This document shows, one piece after another, positions 8,792-18,434 of a stretch of 64,000 bases of DNA; positions within the stretch are counted from its first letter, which is position 1, and every line of letters starts with the position of its first letter. The translations under genes and the position numbers were made by a program. Location: NCBI GenBank assembly GCA_963803435.1, contig CAWDML010000009.1:960001-1024000 (forward strand). Direction: 5' to 3'. Below the pieces are notes generated by a model. It was given only the letters and a program-made list of their open reading frames with translations. It was not told the DNA's origin and ran no database searches. The stretch comes from an uncultured delta proteobacterium. GTDB lineage: Bacteria; Myxococcota; Kuafuiibacteriia; Kuafuiibacteriales; Kuafuiibacteriaceae.

Positions 8792-10837
8792 ATGTCGATC
8801 ACCGAGTCGATCCTGTCCACCGATATCATGGTGGCGACGGAGATGCCTGCGGCGCCGCGGCTGGCGAAGGTGGGCGCCTACCAGGTCCTCGCCGGGCTGA
8901 CCTCGGGCGGGATGGGCGAGGTCCTGCTGGCGTGCGCACGCGGTCGGCGCCGGCAGCTCTTCGCGGTCAAGCTGGTGCGGACCGATCTCGCGCACTGTCC
9001 CCAGGTGCGGGACATGTTCGTCGACGAGGGCCGACTCCTCTCCCGGATCGATCACCCCGGCATCACGAGGGTGGTCGAGGCCGGAGTCTCGGACGGCGCG
9101 TCGTACCTGGTGATGGAGTACGTCGAGGGCGTGAGCCTCGACGAGCTGCTCGCGATCGTCCCGGTGATCCCGCCGCTGATCGCGGCCCGGATGATCGCGG
9201 AGATCTGCCGCGCGCTGCACGCCGCGCATGAGGCGACGGCGTTGAACGGCGAGCGCCTCGACGCGGTCCATCGCGACGTGAGCCCGAAGAACCTGATGCT
9301 CACCTTCGACGGGTCCTTGAAGGTGCTCGACTTCGGGATCGCGTACATGCGCCAGCGCGCCAGCCGCGAGACGCAGATGGGCGAGCTCAAGGGCAAGCCG
9401 TCATACATGGCGCCGGAGCAGTTTCGCTCCGAGCCCGTCAATCGCAGGACGGACGTGTACTCCGCGTCGGTGGTGCTCTACGAGCTCCTGACCGGGCGCC
9501 CGCTCTACGCAGGCGACAACCTGACCGCCGTGGCCTTGGCGGTGGCGAAGGGGAGCCCGCCGCCGCCGTCGTCCCTCGCCGGCCCGCTGCCCGATGGGCT
9601 CGACGAGGTGGTCCTCCGCGGCCTCGACGCCCACCTCGACGCGCGGATCTCGACGGCCGCCGACCTGGCGGATCGACTCGACGCAATCTGGCGCGCGGGG
9701 GGCTCCCCGGCCCTGGCCGAATTCGCCGCCGAGTCGCTCTCCGACCGCCGCCTCGCGCATCGAGCCTGGCTCGACGCCGCGCTCCGCGATCGCTCGCGCC
9801 CACCCTCGCTGATCGGACGGCTCTGGCGCTGGCTGCGCCCGCCGGCAGCGGCGGTGGGGGCGCGTCCCGCCCCGAAGCCCACGCCGGTGCCGACTCGGAC
9901 CGAGCCCGAGCTCCTCCCGAAGGTGCAGGCGTTCACCAGTCCGATCGTCGACGAGATCGTCGAGACGGTCGATCGGCTCACAGAAGAGCTGATGCACGAG
10001 CCGGGCGGACGCATGCTCCTCTCGATCGTGCGAAGGGCGGTGAAGAACGACGGGATCGCGCTCCCGAATCTACCCGAGGGGATGCTGCGCCTCGAGCGCG
10101 CCGTGGCCAGGGCGGACGCCGACCTCGGCGAGCTGGTCGCGGCGATCCAGACCGATCCCTCGGTCGCGGCGCGCTTTCTCGGCGTCGCCAACTCGCCGTT
10201 CTACGGCGCCGCCCGCCGGGTGACCGCGGTGCACGACGCGGTGGTCCGTATCGGCATGAACCAGGCGGCCCTGGTGACGATGGCGATCCTCTCCCAGTCG
10301 AAGGTCTTCGCTGCCGGACGCGATCTCTACGATCACGCGCTGGCCTCGGCCGCCGTCGCGCAGCTGATCGCGAGAAAGCTCCCCGGTCAGGATGAGCACG
10401 AGGCCTTCCTGGCGGGGCTCCTCCACGATCTCGGGCGCGTCTTCCTTCGCGAGTCCGCGACGCACGTCCGGCGCGACACGCGCGGCAAGGAGACCACCTC
10501 GCCGCACGCGCTCTCGCTCGTCGACGAGGCGGTGCACGCGAGCCTCGGCGCGCTGGTGGCCCAGTCGTCCGGATTCAGCCCGGAGCTGGTCCAGGCCATC
10601 CGCTACCACCCGTCACCGGACAAGCTCCCGGCGCTTCCGCCTGCGGCCCCGGGCGCGGCGGGTGACGGCGGCCGGAACCTCGTCCACCTGCTCGTCATCG
10701 CCAATCGGGTGGCGCCCGCGGTCCTCGGCAAGGAGGCTCCGCCGGAGCTCGCGGCCGCGTTCGCGCCGCTCGGGATCCCGTGTCCCGAGGACCTGGTGCC
10801 GCGCGCCGCGGCCGCGCTCGAGGCGCTGCGCGGTTAG
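8792..10837 (+). CDS. Ser/Thr protein kinase fused to a C-terminal HDOD domain
   Basis: GGMGEV, AVK, HRDVSPKN, DFGIA, YMAPE; then LPNLPE, DPSVAARFL..ANSPFYG, AFLAGLLHDLGR. Confidence 0.9.
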   Translation: MSITESILSTDIMVATEMPAAPRLAKVGAYQVLAGLTSGGMGEVLLACARGRRRQLFAVKLVRTDLAHCPQVRDMFVDEGRLLSRIDHPGITRVVEAGVSDGASYLVMEYVEGVSLDELLAIVPVIPPLIAARMIAEICRALHAAHEATALNGERLDAVHRDVSPKNLMLTFDGSLKVLDFGIAYMRQRASRETQMGELKGKPSYMAPEQFRSEPVNRRTDVYSASVVLYELLTGRPLYAGDNLTAVALAVAKGSPPPPSSLAGPLPDGLDEVVLRGLDAHLDARISTAADLADRLDAIWRAGGSPALAEFAAESLSDRRLAHRAWLDAALRDRSRPPSLIGRLWRWLRPPAAAVGARPAPKPTPVPTRTEPELLPKVQAFTSPIVDEIVETVDRLTEELMHEPGGRMLLSIVRRAVKNDGIALPNLPEGMLRLERAVARADADLGELVAAIQTDPSVAARFLGVANSPFYGAARRVTAVHDAVVRIGMNQAALVTMAILSQSKVFAAGRDLYDHALASAAVAQLIARKLPGQDEHEAFLAGLLHDLGRVFLRESATHVRRDTRGKETTSPHALSLVDEAVHASLGALVAQSSGFSPELVQAIRYHPSPDKLPALPPAAPGAAGDGGRNLVHLLVIANRVAPAVLGKEAPPELAAAFAPLGIPCPEDLVPRAAAALEALRG

Positions 10838-11163
10838 CGCCCGCGCGCCGAACACCGCGAGCCGCTCCGGGCACACGCGCGCGTGCGCTTCGGCCCGAGC
10901 AGTCGCTCTACGCCTACATCGAAGGCTCGCTCGGCCGCCGGGCGGAGGCGGTCGCGGACTATACCGCAATCCGTGGCGGCGATCGGACACTCGCGAGAAG
11001 CGCGGAGCGTCCTCGCGCGGGTTGGCATCGATATGATGTACGCGGACGCGTTCTGATCCATCGCGTTCCCGAAACGCAAGACGTCGGGTACGCACTGCGA
11101 CGTGCTCACCTATCTTGCTCACCGTGTTCGTGCTCTACTCGTCCTCCCTCGACGAGCCGCGAC

Positions 11164-12696
11164 ATGGCCGAGCTCAGCCCGCAGCAACTCACCACTTCTC
11201 TGACAGAGCGATTGTCCTCCGAGCGCGAGCTCCCGGTGTCGACGCTCGCTCGGCTCCGACGGACGGCCTCCACCGCGTTCAGCGGCGGCAGGCTCCTCGT
11301 CGACCGCGTGGTGCAGCGCGGACCCGATGTGCGGACGATGGCCGCGATCGTGTCCCCGCTGGCCGAGCTCAAGGGCGTCGCGATGAAGATGGGCCAGGTG
11401 CTCAGCTACATCGACTCGAGCCTGCCGGCCGAGACGCGCACCGCGCTCTCGGTGCTCCAGACGCAGGCCCACCCGCTGCCGTTCGCCCGGATCCGCTCGG
11501 TGGTGGAGCGGGGGCTCAGAAACCACTCCATCCCGCTCCTCGAGGGCCTCGATCCCCGCCCGCTGGCGGTGGCGTCGATCGGCCAGGTCCACCGCGCCGT
11601 GCTCGAGGACGGAACGCCGGTGGCGGTGAAGGTCCAGTACCCGCAGATCGAGCGTGCGATCGACGACGACTTCGGGCAGGCGGCCTTCGGCAGCGCCTTC
11701 GTCTCGTTCTTCTATCCCAACGCCAAGCTCTTCGTGCGGGAAGCGAAGGCCCGGTTCCTCGAGGAGTGCGACTACCGCCGGGAGGCCAAGCACCAGGAGC
11801 GATTCGCCGAACTGTTCGCCGATCACGACACGCTGTTCGTGCCGCGCGTGCACGCTGAGTACTCGAGCCGGCGCGTCCTCACCTCCGACCTGGTCGAGGG
11901 CCAGCACCTCGAGCGCTACTTGGCCACGAACCCCGATCAAGAGTCGCGCGATCGCACGGGCCAGGCGCTCTACGACTTCTACGTGGGATCGATCTTCCGT
12001 CACCGCGTCTACAACTGCGATCCGCATCCCGGGAACTATCTGTTCTGCGCCGACGGTCGGCTCGCGGTCCTCGACTTCGGATGCTGCGCCGAGCTGGCCC
12101 CGCGCTTCGTCCGCCACCTGGCCAGCCTCACCGGCGCCGTGCACACCGGAGACCCAGAGCGGATCCACCGCGCGATGGTCAGCCTCGGCATCGTCACCGA
12201 TGAGCAGCGCTACGATCACGAGGTGGTGCGCCGCCTCCTCTACGCGTTCTGCGGTCTCCTCCGCGACGAGACCGCGGTCTTCGAGCCCGGGACCAGCTCG
12301 CGGATCCTGGAGACGCTGAAGAGCACCGTCCAGCTGGGGCGGCTCTCGCTCCCGGCGGAGTTCCTCTTCCTGATGCGCATCCGCCTCGGTATCACCTCGG
12401 TGCTGGCGCGGCTGGGCTCGCGGGCGAACTGGTACCGGATCGAGCGCGAGCACCTCGACGCGGCGGAGGAGGGCCCGAGCGTGTTCGACGTGGTGCTCCT
12501 CGATGTCGGCCCCGCGCCCATCCAGGTCATCCGCGAGGTCCGCGCTGCCACCGGGCTCGATCTCCGCGAGACTCGCCAGCTGGTCGAGAGCGGGCCGAGC
12601 CCCATCTTGAGGTCGATCTCCCGCAAGCTCGCCGACGAGCTCCGGGCCAGGCTAGAGGCGGCCGGAGGCACGGCGGAGGTCCGGCAGGCTTCGTGA
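11164..12696 (+). CDS. AarF/ABC1 (UbiB-family) kinase with C-terminal ribosomal L7/L12 CTD-like domain
   Basis: KGVAMKMGQ, ASIGQVHRA, VAVKVQYP, DPHPGN, LDFG. The last ~70 aa (FDVVLLDVG..VIREVRAATGLDLRETRQLVES.P..L..LEAAGG) align with the L7/L12 CTD. Confidence 0.88.
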   Translation: MAELSPQQLTTSLTERLSSERELPVSTLARLRRTASTAFSGGRLLVDRVVQRGPDVRTMAAIVSPLAELKGVAMKMGQVLSYIDSSLPAETRTALSVLQTQAHPLPFARIRSVVERGLRNHSIPLLEGLDPRPLAVASIGQVHRAVLEDGTPVAVKVQYPQIERAIDDDFGQAAFGSAFVSFFYPNAKLFVREAKARFLEECDYRREAKHQERFAELFADHDTLFVPRVHAEYSSRRVLTSDLVEGQHLERYLATNPDQESRDRTGQALYDFYVGSIFRHRVYNCDPHPGNYLFCADGRLAVLDFGCCAELAPRFVRHLASLTGAVHTGDPERIHRAMVSLGIVTDEQRYDHEVVRRLLYAFCGLLRDETAVFEPGTSSRILETLKSTVQLGRLSLPAEFLFLMRIRLGITSVLARLGSRANWYRIEREHLDAAEEGPSVFDVVLLDVGPAPIQVIREVRAATGLDLRETRQLVESGPSPILRSISRKLADELRARLEAAGGTAEVRQAS

Positions 12697-14836
12697 GTCG
12701 CGCGGTGTGGCTCTCATTGGCACTCGCCCTCACGGCGCAGGCGGCCGGCCCGCCCGACGCGAAGCTGGTCATCGACTTCGCCGCGGATCGTCCCGACAAC
12801 GCCTGGGTCGCCGCCGCCTTCCAGGAGAACGCATACCGCGATCTCGCCGGCCGCAAGCTGGCGGTGCTCGACGCGGACGCGCTCGATCGCGGTGAGTGCC
12901 CGTCCCGCGAGGCCGCGTGTCTGGTCGAGCGGTATGCGGCCGCCGGCGCCGACATCATCGTGCTCGGATGGTTGAAGGAGGGGCGCCTCCAGCTCGAGGT
13001 CTACGAGGGCTGGCTGAAGACGCGCGTCGCCCGCGAGACGTTCGAGCTCGACGGGCGCACGAGCCTGGTCGAGGTACGCCACCATACCTTGCGTGCGGTC
13101 AGCCCGTTCTTCGAGAGCGGCGGGCTCCTCGAGAAGCGGGCGTCGATCCTGCGGGACGCCGCCGGCGGTCCGGCCCGGGACGCGTGGCCGTCGCCGTTCG
13201 CCCTGGGTGCGCTGGCGCTGATCGCGATCGTGCTCCTCACGCCGATCGTTCTGCGGCGTCGAGCGCTGCTGCTCGTGCCGGTGGTGGTGGCGGCGGGCGT
13301 GCGCTGGCTCCCGGTTCGCTTCGATCTCCTGATCGACCAGCTCGGCTGGGCGCTCCCGATGATCGGCGGCTCCGCATGGGGGTGGCTGGTGCTCCTCAAC
13401 CTGCGCCTCGCGCTCCCCACGCTCCCCGGTCTGGGCGGAGTCCGGCACGGGAACGTGGGGCGATTGGTCCGGGCGTGGTGCGCCGCCTCGGCGATGCGCT
13501 GCGCGCTCCTGGCGGTGTTCCAGGGGGCGCTGGCGCTGGCGCTCGCGTTGATCACTCAGGGCGCGCTGGCGCCCGAGCTCGCCTGGATGCTGCTCATCCC
13601 GGCGTTCGGCTTGCTGCTCCACTTCTCGCTGCTCGCGGTCGTCGATCGGCTGGCGCGCCGGCTGGATCGACAGCTCGTCATCGGCAGCGCCGCCCCCGAG
13701 AACCCCTGGCACCCGGTGATCAAAAAGTACTTCATGGGCTACGTGCGGCGCGTCGGCCTCCAGATCGATCGCGCGGCCCTCGACCGGACGCTGTTCCTCC
13801 CGGGTGCGACCGACGGGATCGTCTCCTACGGTGGAGGTCTCGCGCCTGCCCGCATCGTGATCAAGGAGTCCTTGCTCGAGCGCGCGCTCCACCCGCTGGT
13901 CGACGAGCCTCTCTTCGACGGCGGCGACGACGGCATGGAGGCCCTCGACCTCGGCGATCCGCGCGGGGTGCTCCTGCCCGTGGACGACGACGCGCCTAAG
14001 AAGCGTCGGTGGCACCGCACTGGACCACAGCGCCCGGCGGCCCGCCGGCGGTTGGCACGGCCGCTCCTGGGCCAGAACGAGACGCTGCTCGGGTACCTGG
14101 TGCCCCAGCCGGCGGGCGAGTCCGTGCCGCTGGTGATCGACGATCCCGACGAGTACAGCGTGTTGCGCGAGCTGCTGACGGCCCACTACGCGGCCTTCGA
14201 TCGGGGGCTGTACGGTGAAGAGGCCGACGACACCGATCCGACGCAGAAGGACTTCCTCTTCGGCGCGCTCCTGCGCGAGGTCGGCGGCGTCCTCCGGCAG
14301 GATACCTTGCTGTTCACGCTGACGCGGAGCCTCGCGATCAGGATGTTCAGCGCGCCCGCCTGGATGCGCGCCGTGCACGGCCTGATCGCGGCCGGCTACG
14401 ATCGGTTCCTGGCCCGCGGGCCTGCCATCGTCGCGGACGGATACGTGGCGCTGAACCGAGGCCTCGATCATCTCATCCAGTATCTGTTCCTCGTGAGAGC
14501 GGCTCCCACGCCCTGATGACCGCGCGCGCCGACGAGCCGACGTTGTTCGCCACCTCGACCGAGATCCTCGGCCGTCTCGCCGGCGACGAGGACCGGCGCC
14601 TGGTGTGGCTCTCCCAGCATCACTACGCGCCGATCCCGGAGGCCCGCCCCCGCGCGCGGCGGGTGCTGGTGACGCTGGCGCTGATCGCCGGTATCGGGGT
14701 GATGCTGGCGGGCGCGGTCAGCCGGTCGCTCGAGTATCACCCGGTCTACATCGAGCGCATTCGCGCGTTGAAGCAGAGGATCGAGCAGGCCCGACAGAAA
14801 GGAGCACCGCAGGATGCCCAACGAGACGAAGACTAA
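12693..14836 (+). CDS. Multi-pass membrane protein with signal peptide, periplasmic N-domain and degenerate M48/HtpX-like domain; probably one gene split at ~14513 (ORFs 12693-14516 and 14516-14836)
   Basis: Signal peptide and ~5-6 hydrophobic helices. LLREVGG..QD and IVADGY resemble the HExxH and ExxAD motifs. One extra C in the CCC run at 14511-14513 would fuse the two ORFs. Confidence 0.6.
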
Positions 14837-15629
14837 GGACTCGGCCTTCTTCGAGGCGATCAACCGGAGCGCCCTCGCGATCAATCAAGCGGCGGCCGGG
14901 GCCGGCGTGACCGGCCTGGTCGGCTTCGCGGGGCTGTTCCTGATCGCCTCGGTCTTCTTCATCACCGAGAACTACTTCATCGCGATGCTGCTGATCTCGC
15001 TCGCGCTCCTGGTCTACGTGACGGGGGCCGAGCTGGCGAAGCTCCTGATGTCGTCGACCACGATCTTCTTCTCGAGCAAGCATCTCACGCCCAAGGCGGT
15101 CCGCCTCCAGGAGACGCTGGTCTCGATCCAGGACGCGCTGGTGTTCCGTCGCGATCCGAGCGGAGAGCTCCGCGTCGGTCCGATGGAGAAGGGCGGGCGT
15201 ATCAAGGTCTCCGACACTCCGCTGGCGCGCGACATCCAGGCGGTCCTCGCGGAGGAGAAGGACTTCGACTACGCCGAGTACGTCGCGCACTCGTACTACG
15301 TCGAGTGCCACGAGCTGTACGACTACTCGGCGTCGCACTTCGAGTTCGTCTCCAGCGCGATGCCGCTCTTCGGCCTCATCGGAACGATCGTGGGGCTGAT
15401 GGCGATGTTCGACAGCCTGGGCGCCGACGTGACTGTGGAGTCGCTCTCGCCGCAGCTGGCCCTCGCGCTCAAGACCACGCTCTACGGCGCCATTCTCTCC
15501 TCGGTCTACAAGATCATCGGGTCGCGCTTCGAACAGCGGCTCAAGTCGCTCGACTACGACTACGAGACCTTCTGCCGCGCCCTCCAGGTGCTGGTGGAGA
15601 ACAAGGCCAAGATCGAGGTTCAGCGATGA
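14814..15629 (+). CDS. MotA/TolQ/ExbB-family ion-channel subunit (MotA-like)
   Basis: Two N-terminal TMs; MPLFGLIGTIVGLMAMF and LALALKTTLYGAI match MotA TM3/TM4. Confidence 0.85.
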   Translation: MPNETKTKDSAFFEAINRSALAINQAAAGAGVTGLVGFAGLFLIASVFFITENYFIAMLLISLALLVYVTGAELAKLLMSSTTIFFSSKHLTPKAVRLQETLVSIQDALVFRRDPSGELRVGPMEKGGRIKVSDTPLARDIQAVLAEEKDFDYAEYVAHSYYVECHELYDYSASHFEFVSSAMPLFGLIGTIVGLMAMFDSLGADVTVESLSPQLALALKTTLYGAILSSVYKIIGSRFEQRLKSLDYDYETFCRALQVLVENKAKIEVQR

Positions 15630-16222
15630 AGCGGTTCGCGCAGCCTAGCCGGCCGCGGGCGAGCGGGGCCATCTGGCAGGTCACGTACATGGACATGATG
15701 ACCATCATCATGGTGTTTTTCGTGATCCTCTGGTCGATCAACCAGAAGCAGCACAGCGGCATCTCGAAGGCCACGGGGGACGAGACGGTGAAGATGGTGA
15801 ACCTCCCCGGAGACGTCCTGTTCGCCACCGCGAAGAGCGATCTGACCGACGAGGGCAAGGACGTCCTCGCCAAGCTCTTCGACGATCCGACCGGCACCGT
15901 GCTGAACTTCGAGACCAGCGGCCTGGCGCGCCGCCTGCTCGTCATCCACGGGCACACCGACGGCGACGGCGACAAGGACCAGAACTTCGAGCTCGGGTAC
16001 CGGCGCGCGCTCTCCGCCTACCACGAGATCCGGCAGTACGGAGAGGAGCTCCCCGATCACGTCGTCATCTGCACGCACGCCGACAACTCGCCGGCGCAGG
16101 AGGTGCCGATCTTCCAGGACAGCATGACCCCGGCGGAGGCGGCCCTGCTCCGGGATGCCAAGGCCAAGAACCGGCGGATCACCATCGAGGACAAGATGGT
16201 GAGCCGATTCAGCGGAGAGTGA
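15626..16222 (+). CDS. MotB-like protein (TM with conserved Asp, plus OmpA-like peptidoglycan-binding domain)
   Basis: ATGA overlap with the motA-like gene; WQVTYMDMMTIIMVFFVIL; VLFATAKS, GHTD, NFELGYRRA, KNRRITI. Confidence 0.88.
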   Translation: MKRFAQPSRPRASGAIWQVTYMDMMTIIMVFFVILWSINQKQHSGISKATGDETVKMVNLPGDVLFATAKSDLTDEGKDVLAKLFDDPTGTVLNFETSGLARRLLVIHGHTDGDGDKDQNFELGYRRALSAYHEIRQYGEELPDHVVICTHADNSPAQEVPIFQDSMTPAEAALLRDAKAKNRRITIEDKMVSRFSGE

Positions 16223-16223
16223 G

Positions 16224-17831
16224 TTGATCGGCGCGAAGACGGTGACCGCCTGCCTCCTGCTCCTGGTGGCCTCGGCGCTCGGATGGTACGTCGGCCTGAG
16301 CCCGGCGCGCCTCGCCTCTCTGGGCGCGAGCGAGGCCTTCTGGGCGGGCTTCTTCGCCTTCCTGGCCGGGAGCGCGGTCTATCGTTACTGGCGCCTGCAT
16401 GAGCGCAGCACCTACTACTTCCGCTGGTGCGACGACGAGGCGCTCTGGGCCGACGAGGCCCACTTCGTGGGCGGCTCGCGCCGGCGGATTGTCATCGGCG
16501 AGAACCTGGGCGACGCCTTCGACCTGGGGCCGCGCGTCCACTACGCGATCTCCGTGACGCTGGCGTTCTGGGTCGGGCTCATCACGCTCGACGGCCGGGC
16601 GGTCGAGCTCCTCGGCCGCATCCCCGATCGGATCGGCGGGAGCGGCTCCGACTACTGTCCTGAGGAGCAAGCGTCCGCGCCGCTCGAGCTCCACGAGGAT
16701 CCCGGTTGCGCGCTGATCCGGCGCGCCTACCAGCTCGGCTTCGCCAAGAGCCTGGGCCCGTGCGAGCCCAAGCCCAAGGAGGACCGCCTCCGGATCTGCA
16801 CGCTCCGCCAGCGCGACGAGCCGCTCCTCCACTACGCCTGGCGGCGCCTCGATACCTTCTACGGCGCCGTGGCGGAGCAGGTCACCGAGGATCGCCTGGT
16901 CGACATGAAGGCGGCCTTCGACCTGCGCACGCGCCACCTCGACGAGCTCTACGCCGCCCGCGGCTTCGTCGTCGGCGGCGCGCCTCGCGCCTCGCACCAC
17001 ATCTTCACCAACCTCCCCGATCCGGGGGGCTGGGTCGCGTCGATGACCGGCGATGTGCTCCGCTCCAAGAGCTGCGACGAGCGCTACCGGCGCCTGCCCC
17101 ATCGCGTCCCTCCGGTACACGACGGCCTCGAGGCCTCGCGCGAGCTCGACCACATCCTGGGCCAGCTGCTGTTCGACACCCGATACACGCGCGCCGCCGG
17201 CGCCTGCCGTGAGTACACGATCCACTGGGGCGCGCCCGCGGACGCCTGCGAGCGGCTCGCCGATGATCCCGTCGCGTTCCTCGAGAAGCAGGGCGCGCTC
17301 GCCGGCGTCCGCAAGGTGCTGCGGCGCTACCGGGTCACCGTCGAGCTCCAGGACGGCGGGATGTCGGCCCTGGCCCGGATCCTCCGCGAGGTGCCGCCCG
17401 AGCGCTTCGTCAGCTTCCAGTGCTACATCGAGGACGAGCGCGCGAAGGCGCACGTCAGCAGGCTGGTGGTGAGCCTCGACGGTGAGCGCTTCAACGCCCT
17501 CGAGATGCTGGCGCCCGCGACGGTCGGCGTGGGCGCGGTCCGGTATCAACAGATCGCTGCGATGCTGGCGCCGTCGTTCCACTACGGAAACCTGCTCAGC
17601 GAGGCGGCCCCCGGCGAGCGCGAGGCCGGGATCGACGGCCGCTTCTTCGAGCCGAAGAGCGACGGCTTCATCTCTCGGCTCGACTATCTCGGCGACGTCG
17701 ACATCTTCCTCGGCAGGAGCTGGATCGAGGACCGGAGCGATCTGCTCGACGTCTACCCGTACAACCTCCATCTCCAGAACTACGTCGAGCTCTTCCGCGC
17801 GCGCTACCGCTCGGAGCGGGGGCGGCTTTGA
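16224..17831 (+). CDS. Uncharacterised membrane protein (3 N-terminal TMs, large Cys-containing domain)
   Basis: 535-aa ORF with GC3-biased codons, starting 1 nt after the motB-like stop and overlapping the next gene (TTGA). Confidence 0.75.
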   Translation: MIGAKTVTACLLLLVASALGWYVGLSPARLASLGASEAFWAGFFAFLAGSAVYRYWRLHERSTYYFRWCDDEALWADEAHFVGGSRRRIVIGENLGDAFDLGPRVHYAISVTLAFWVGLITLDGRAVELLGRIPDRIGGSGSDYCPEEQASAPLELHEDPGCALIRRAYQLGFAKSLGPCEPKPKEDRLRICTLRQRDEPLLHYAWRRLDTFYGAVAEQVTEDRLVDMKAAFDLRTRHLDELYAARGFVVGGAPRASHHIFTNLPDPGGWVASMTGDVLRSKSCDERYRRLPHRVPPVHDGLEASRELDHILGQLLFDTRYTRAAGACREYTIHWGAPADACERLADDPVAFLEKQGALAGVRKVLRRYRVTVELQDGGMSALARILREVPPERFVSFQCYIEDERAKAHVSRLVVSLDGERFNALEMLAPATVGVGAVRYQQIAAMLAPSFHYGNLLSEAAPGEREAGIDGRFFEPKSDGFISRLDYLGDVDIFLGRSWIEDRSDLLDVYPYNLHLQNYVELFRARYRSERGRL

Positions 17832-18412
17832 GAGGGCTGCTCTTGTTGCTGCTGTTGGCCGGCGATCCCGCGGGCGATGGCGGCGGCTACTCCCGCGAGG
17901 CCCGCCAGGCCTACCTGCAGGAGGCGCTCGACGCGGTCCGAACGGCGGACCAGAAGACGTTGACCGACGCCGCCAGCTACGTCGGCGTCATGGAGCGCAA
18001 CGCCTGTCGATCCGACTTCCGCAGGTTGCGCGTCCAGTGCTTGATCGAGGCGGCGACGCGGAACTGCCGCGGCTTCAAGGATCGAGCCCGACGCCGCCGC
18101 TGCGCGCTCTATTCCGACATCATCGTGAGCAACACGCTGAGCGAGAAGGCCCTCATCGACGACGAGCGCCGCTATCAGATCATGCAGGAGAACCGCGACT
18201 ACCGGCGCGCGCTCCGTCGCGAGCTCTCTGAGGTCTACGGCAACCTGGCCGCGGACTTCAGGCTGTCGCCGCACTACACCTGCACCCGAGCGGAGCCGAA
18301 GTGCCTGGCGGCCGCGGTCGACTCGTACTGCGACGAGCGGGCCGACCGGCAGAATCTGAGCTGGCAGTATTGCGCGGCGGCGCTGGTGTGGTTCATCGGT
18401 ACCGCCCGCTGA
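17828..18412 (+). CDS. Uncharacterised secreted Cys-rich protein
   Basis: MRGLLLLLLLA signal peptide; 8 Cys; translationally coupled to the upstream gene. Confidence 0.75.
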   Translation: MRGLLLLLLLAGDPAGDGGGYSREARQAYLQEALDAVRTADQKTLTDAASYVGVMERNACRSDFRRLRVQCLIEAATRNCRGFKDRARRRRCALYSDIIVSNTLSEKALIDDERRYQIMQENRDYRRALRRELSEVYGNLAADFRLSPHYTCTRAEPKCLAAAVDSYCDERADRQNLSWQYCAAALVWFIGTAR

Positions 18413-18434
18413 GCGGTGGGTACGGAGGGGAACG

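Noticed and set aside
12481-12696. Stand-alone rplL gene
   Set aside because: It is in frame with the kinase, lacks the L7/L12 N-terminal dimerisation domain, and has no rplJ/rpoB context.
14814-16222. Canonical Zorya defence system or flagellar motAB locus
   Set aside because: The MotA-like protein lacks ZorA's long cytoplasmic tail, there is no ZorC/D/E-like helicase or nuclease, and there are no flagellar genes nearby.
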